A DNA stretch of 64,000 nt from Chlorokybus atmophyticus (Eukaryota; Plantae; Mesostigma and Chlorokybus algae): the NCBI GenBank assembly GCA_009103225.1, contig RHPI01002823.1, forward strand, positions 195,104 to 259,103. Direction: 5' to 3'. Each line of letters starts with the position of its first letter. Within the stretch, counting starts at the first letter, position 1. Below are positions 63,210-64,000 of this stretch, piece after piece. The translations under genes and the position numbers were made by a program. The notes under the pieces are model-generated. The model was given only the letters and a program-made list of their open reading frames with translations, did no database searches and was not told the origin of the DNA.

Positions 63210-64000
63210 CCAAGGAGGTCCAGCACCCCTGTGGGGTACACTTTTAGTACCTTGTAGACGGTGCGGCCTACGGAGGTGTCAAGCGTGTCTTTGGTGGCTG
63301 CCATGCGATAGGCAAAGTCCCCCGCTTGGAACCGCCGTTGGCGCTCCTTGTAGAAGCCGCTGCGTACGCGCTCGTAGCGCAGCGTGTCGCGATGCTGCGC
63401 GATGCGCAGGTTGTTGAAGGCCATGGGGACGGTACGCTCGAAAAGCGCGGCACGCGTGGTGATGTCGTGGTGCATCCAATCAGGGTCGTCGAGGTTGTTC
63501 ACGACGCGATCCACCTCCTGCTGCGCACGGAAGGGGAGCAATGGTGGTCGCCCGAACAGCAGGTAGTACGGGCTGTACTCCCGCAGAGCCGCCTGCTTTG
63601 ACGATCGATCCGAGGGCCACCCACGGGAGGTGGTCATCCCAAGTGTTCTTCTCGTACTCCAGCACGTACTTGCGGAGTGCCTTCTTGATGGTCTGCACTG
63701 TACGCTCGGCGAGACCGTCGGCTTGAGGGTGATCACGCGAGGTACGGCGGTGGTCGATGTAACATTTGTCCAAGAGGGTGTCCAATTCCCCTTTGAACTC
63801 AGTACCTTGGTCAGTGATGACCTCGGCACATCTGCCAAATCGATTGAGAACGTGAGAGAGGAAGGCTTGAGACACCTCCCTGCTGCTCTTGTCGGGTAAC
63901 GGTACCAGCTCCACCCATTTGGAGAAGTGCTCGCTCATGACCAGGATGTAGCGGTTGCCACGCGCTCAGGGTGCAAAGTCCCTCAAGATGTCGAGCCCCA
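63210..64000 (-). mobile_element. Ty3/gypsy integrase (degenerate), continuing beyond the window
   Basis: GNRYILVMSEHFSKWVE, VITDQGTEFKG, HPQADGLAERTVQTIK, WDDHLPWVALG, SPYYLLFGRPP. 2-nt frameshift near 63610; more lesions near 63960. Confidence 0.93.

Overview
Eukaryotic, intron-rich sequence, probably from a green alga (inferred from an RWP-RK gene, an Osser-type copia PBS and a PHD-tailed Ty3; the species cannot be fixed from sequence alone). The left ~18.5 kb is host DNA: SDA1 and NOP14 head-to-head, an unknown spliced gene, and a MID-like RWP-RK transcription factor with a ~770-bp (GA)n tract upstream. From ~19.4 kb to the window end is a nested transposon island. It holds a truncated pogo-like element and a ~13-kb Plavaka-type DNA transposon region carrying a spliced Tudor + phage-type cytosine-5 DNA methyltransferase gene and an OTU-like protease gene. 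An inverted second copy of that region has received a full-length Ty1/copia and a PHD-finger Ty3/gypsy. The gypsy is split by a 16.6-kb CACTA/EnSpm element (CACA termini, CCA TSD) carrying a SET-domain gene and a copia solo LTR. The most notable signal is that three unrelated TE superfamilies here each carry chromatin writer, reader or eraser modules. All domain calls are by-eye motif recognition, not database hits. Splice models and identity values are manual estimates.
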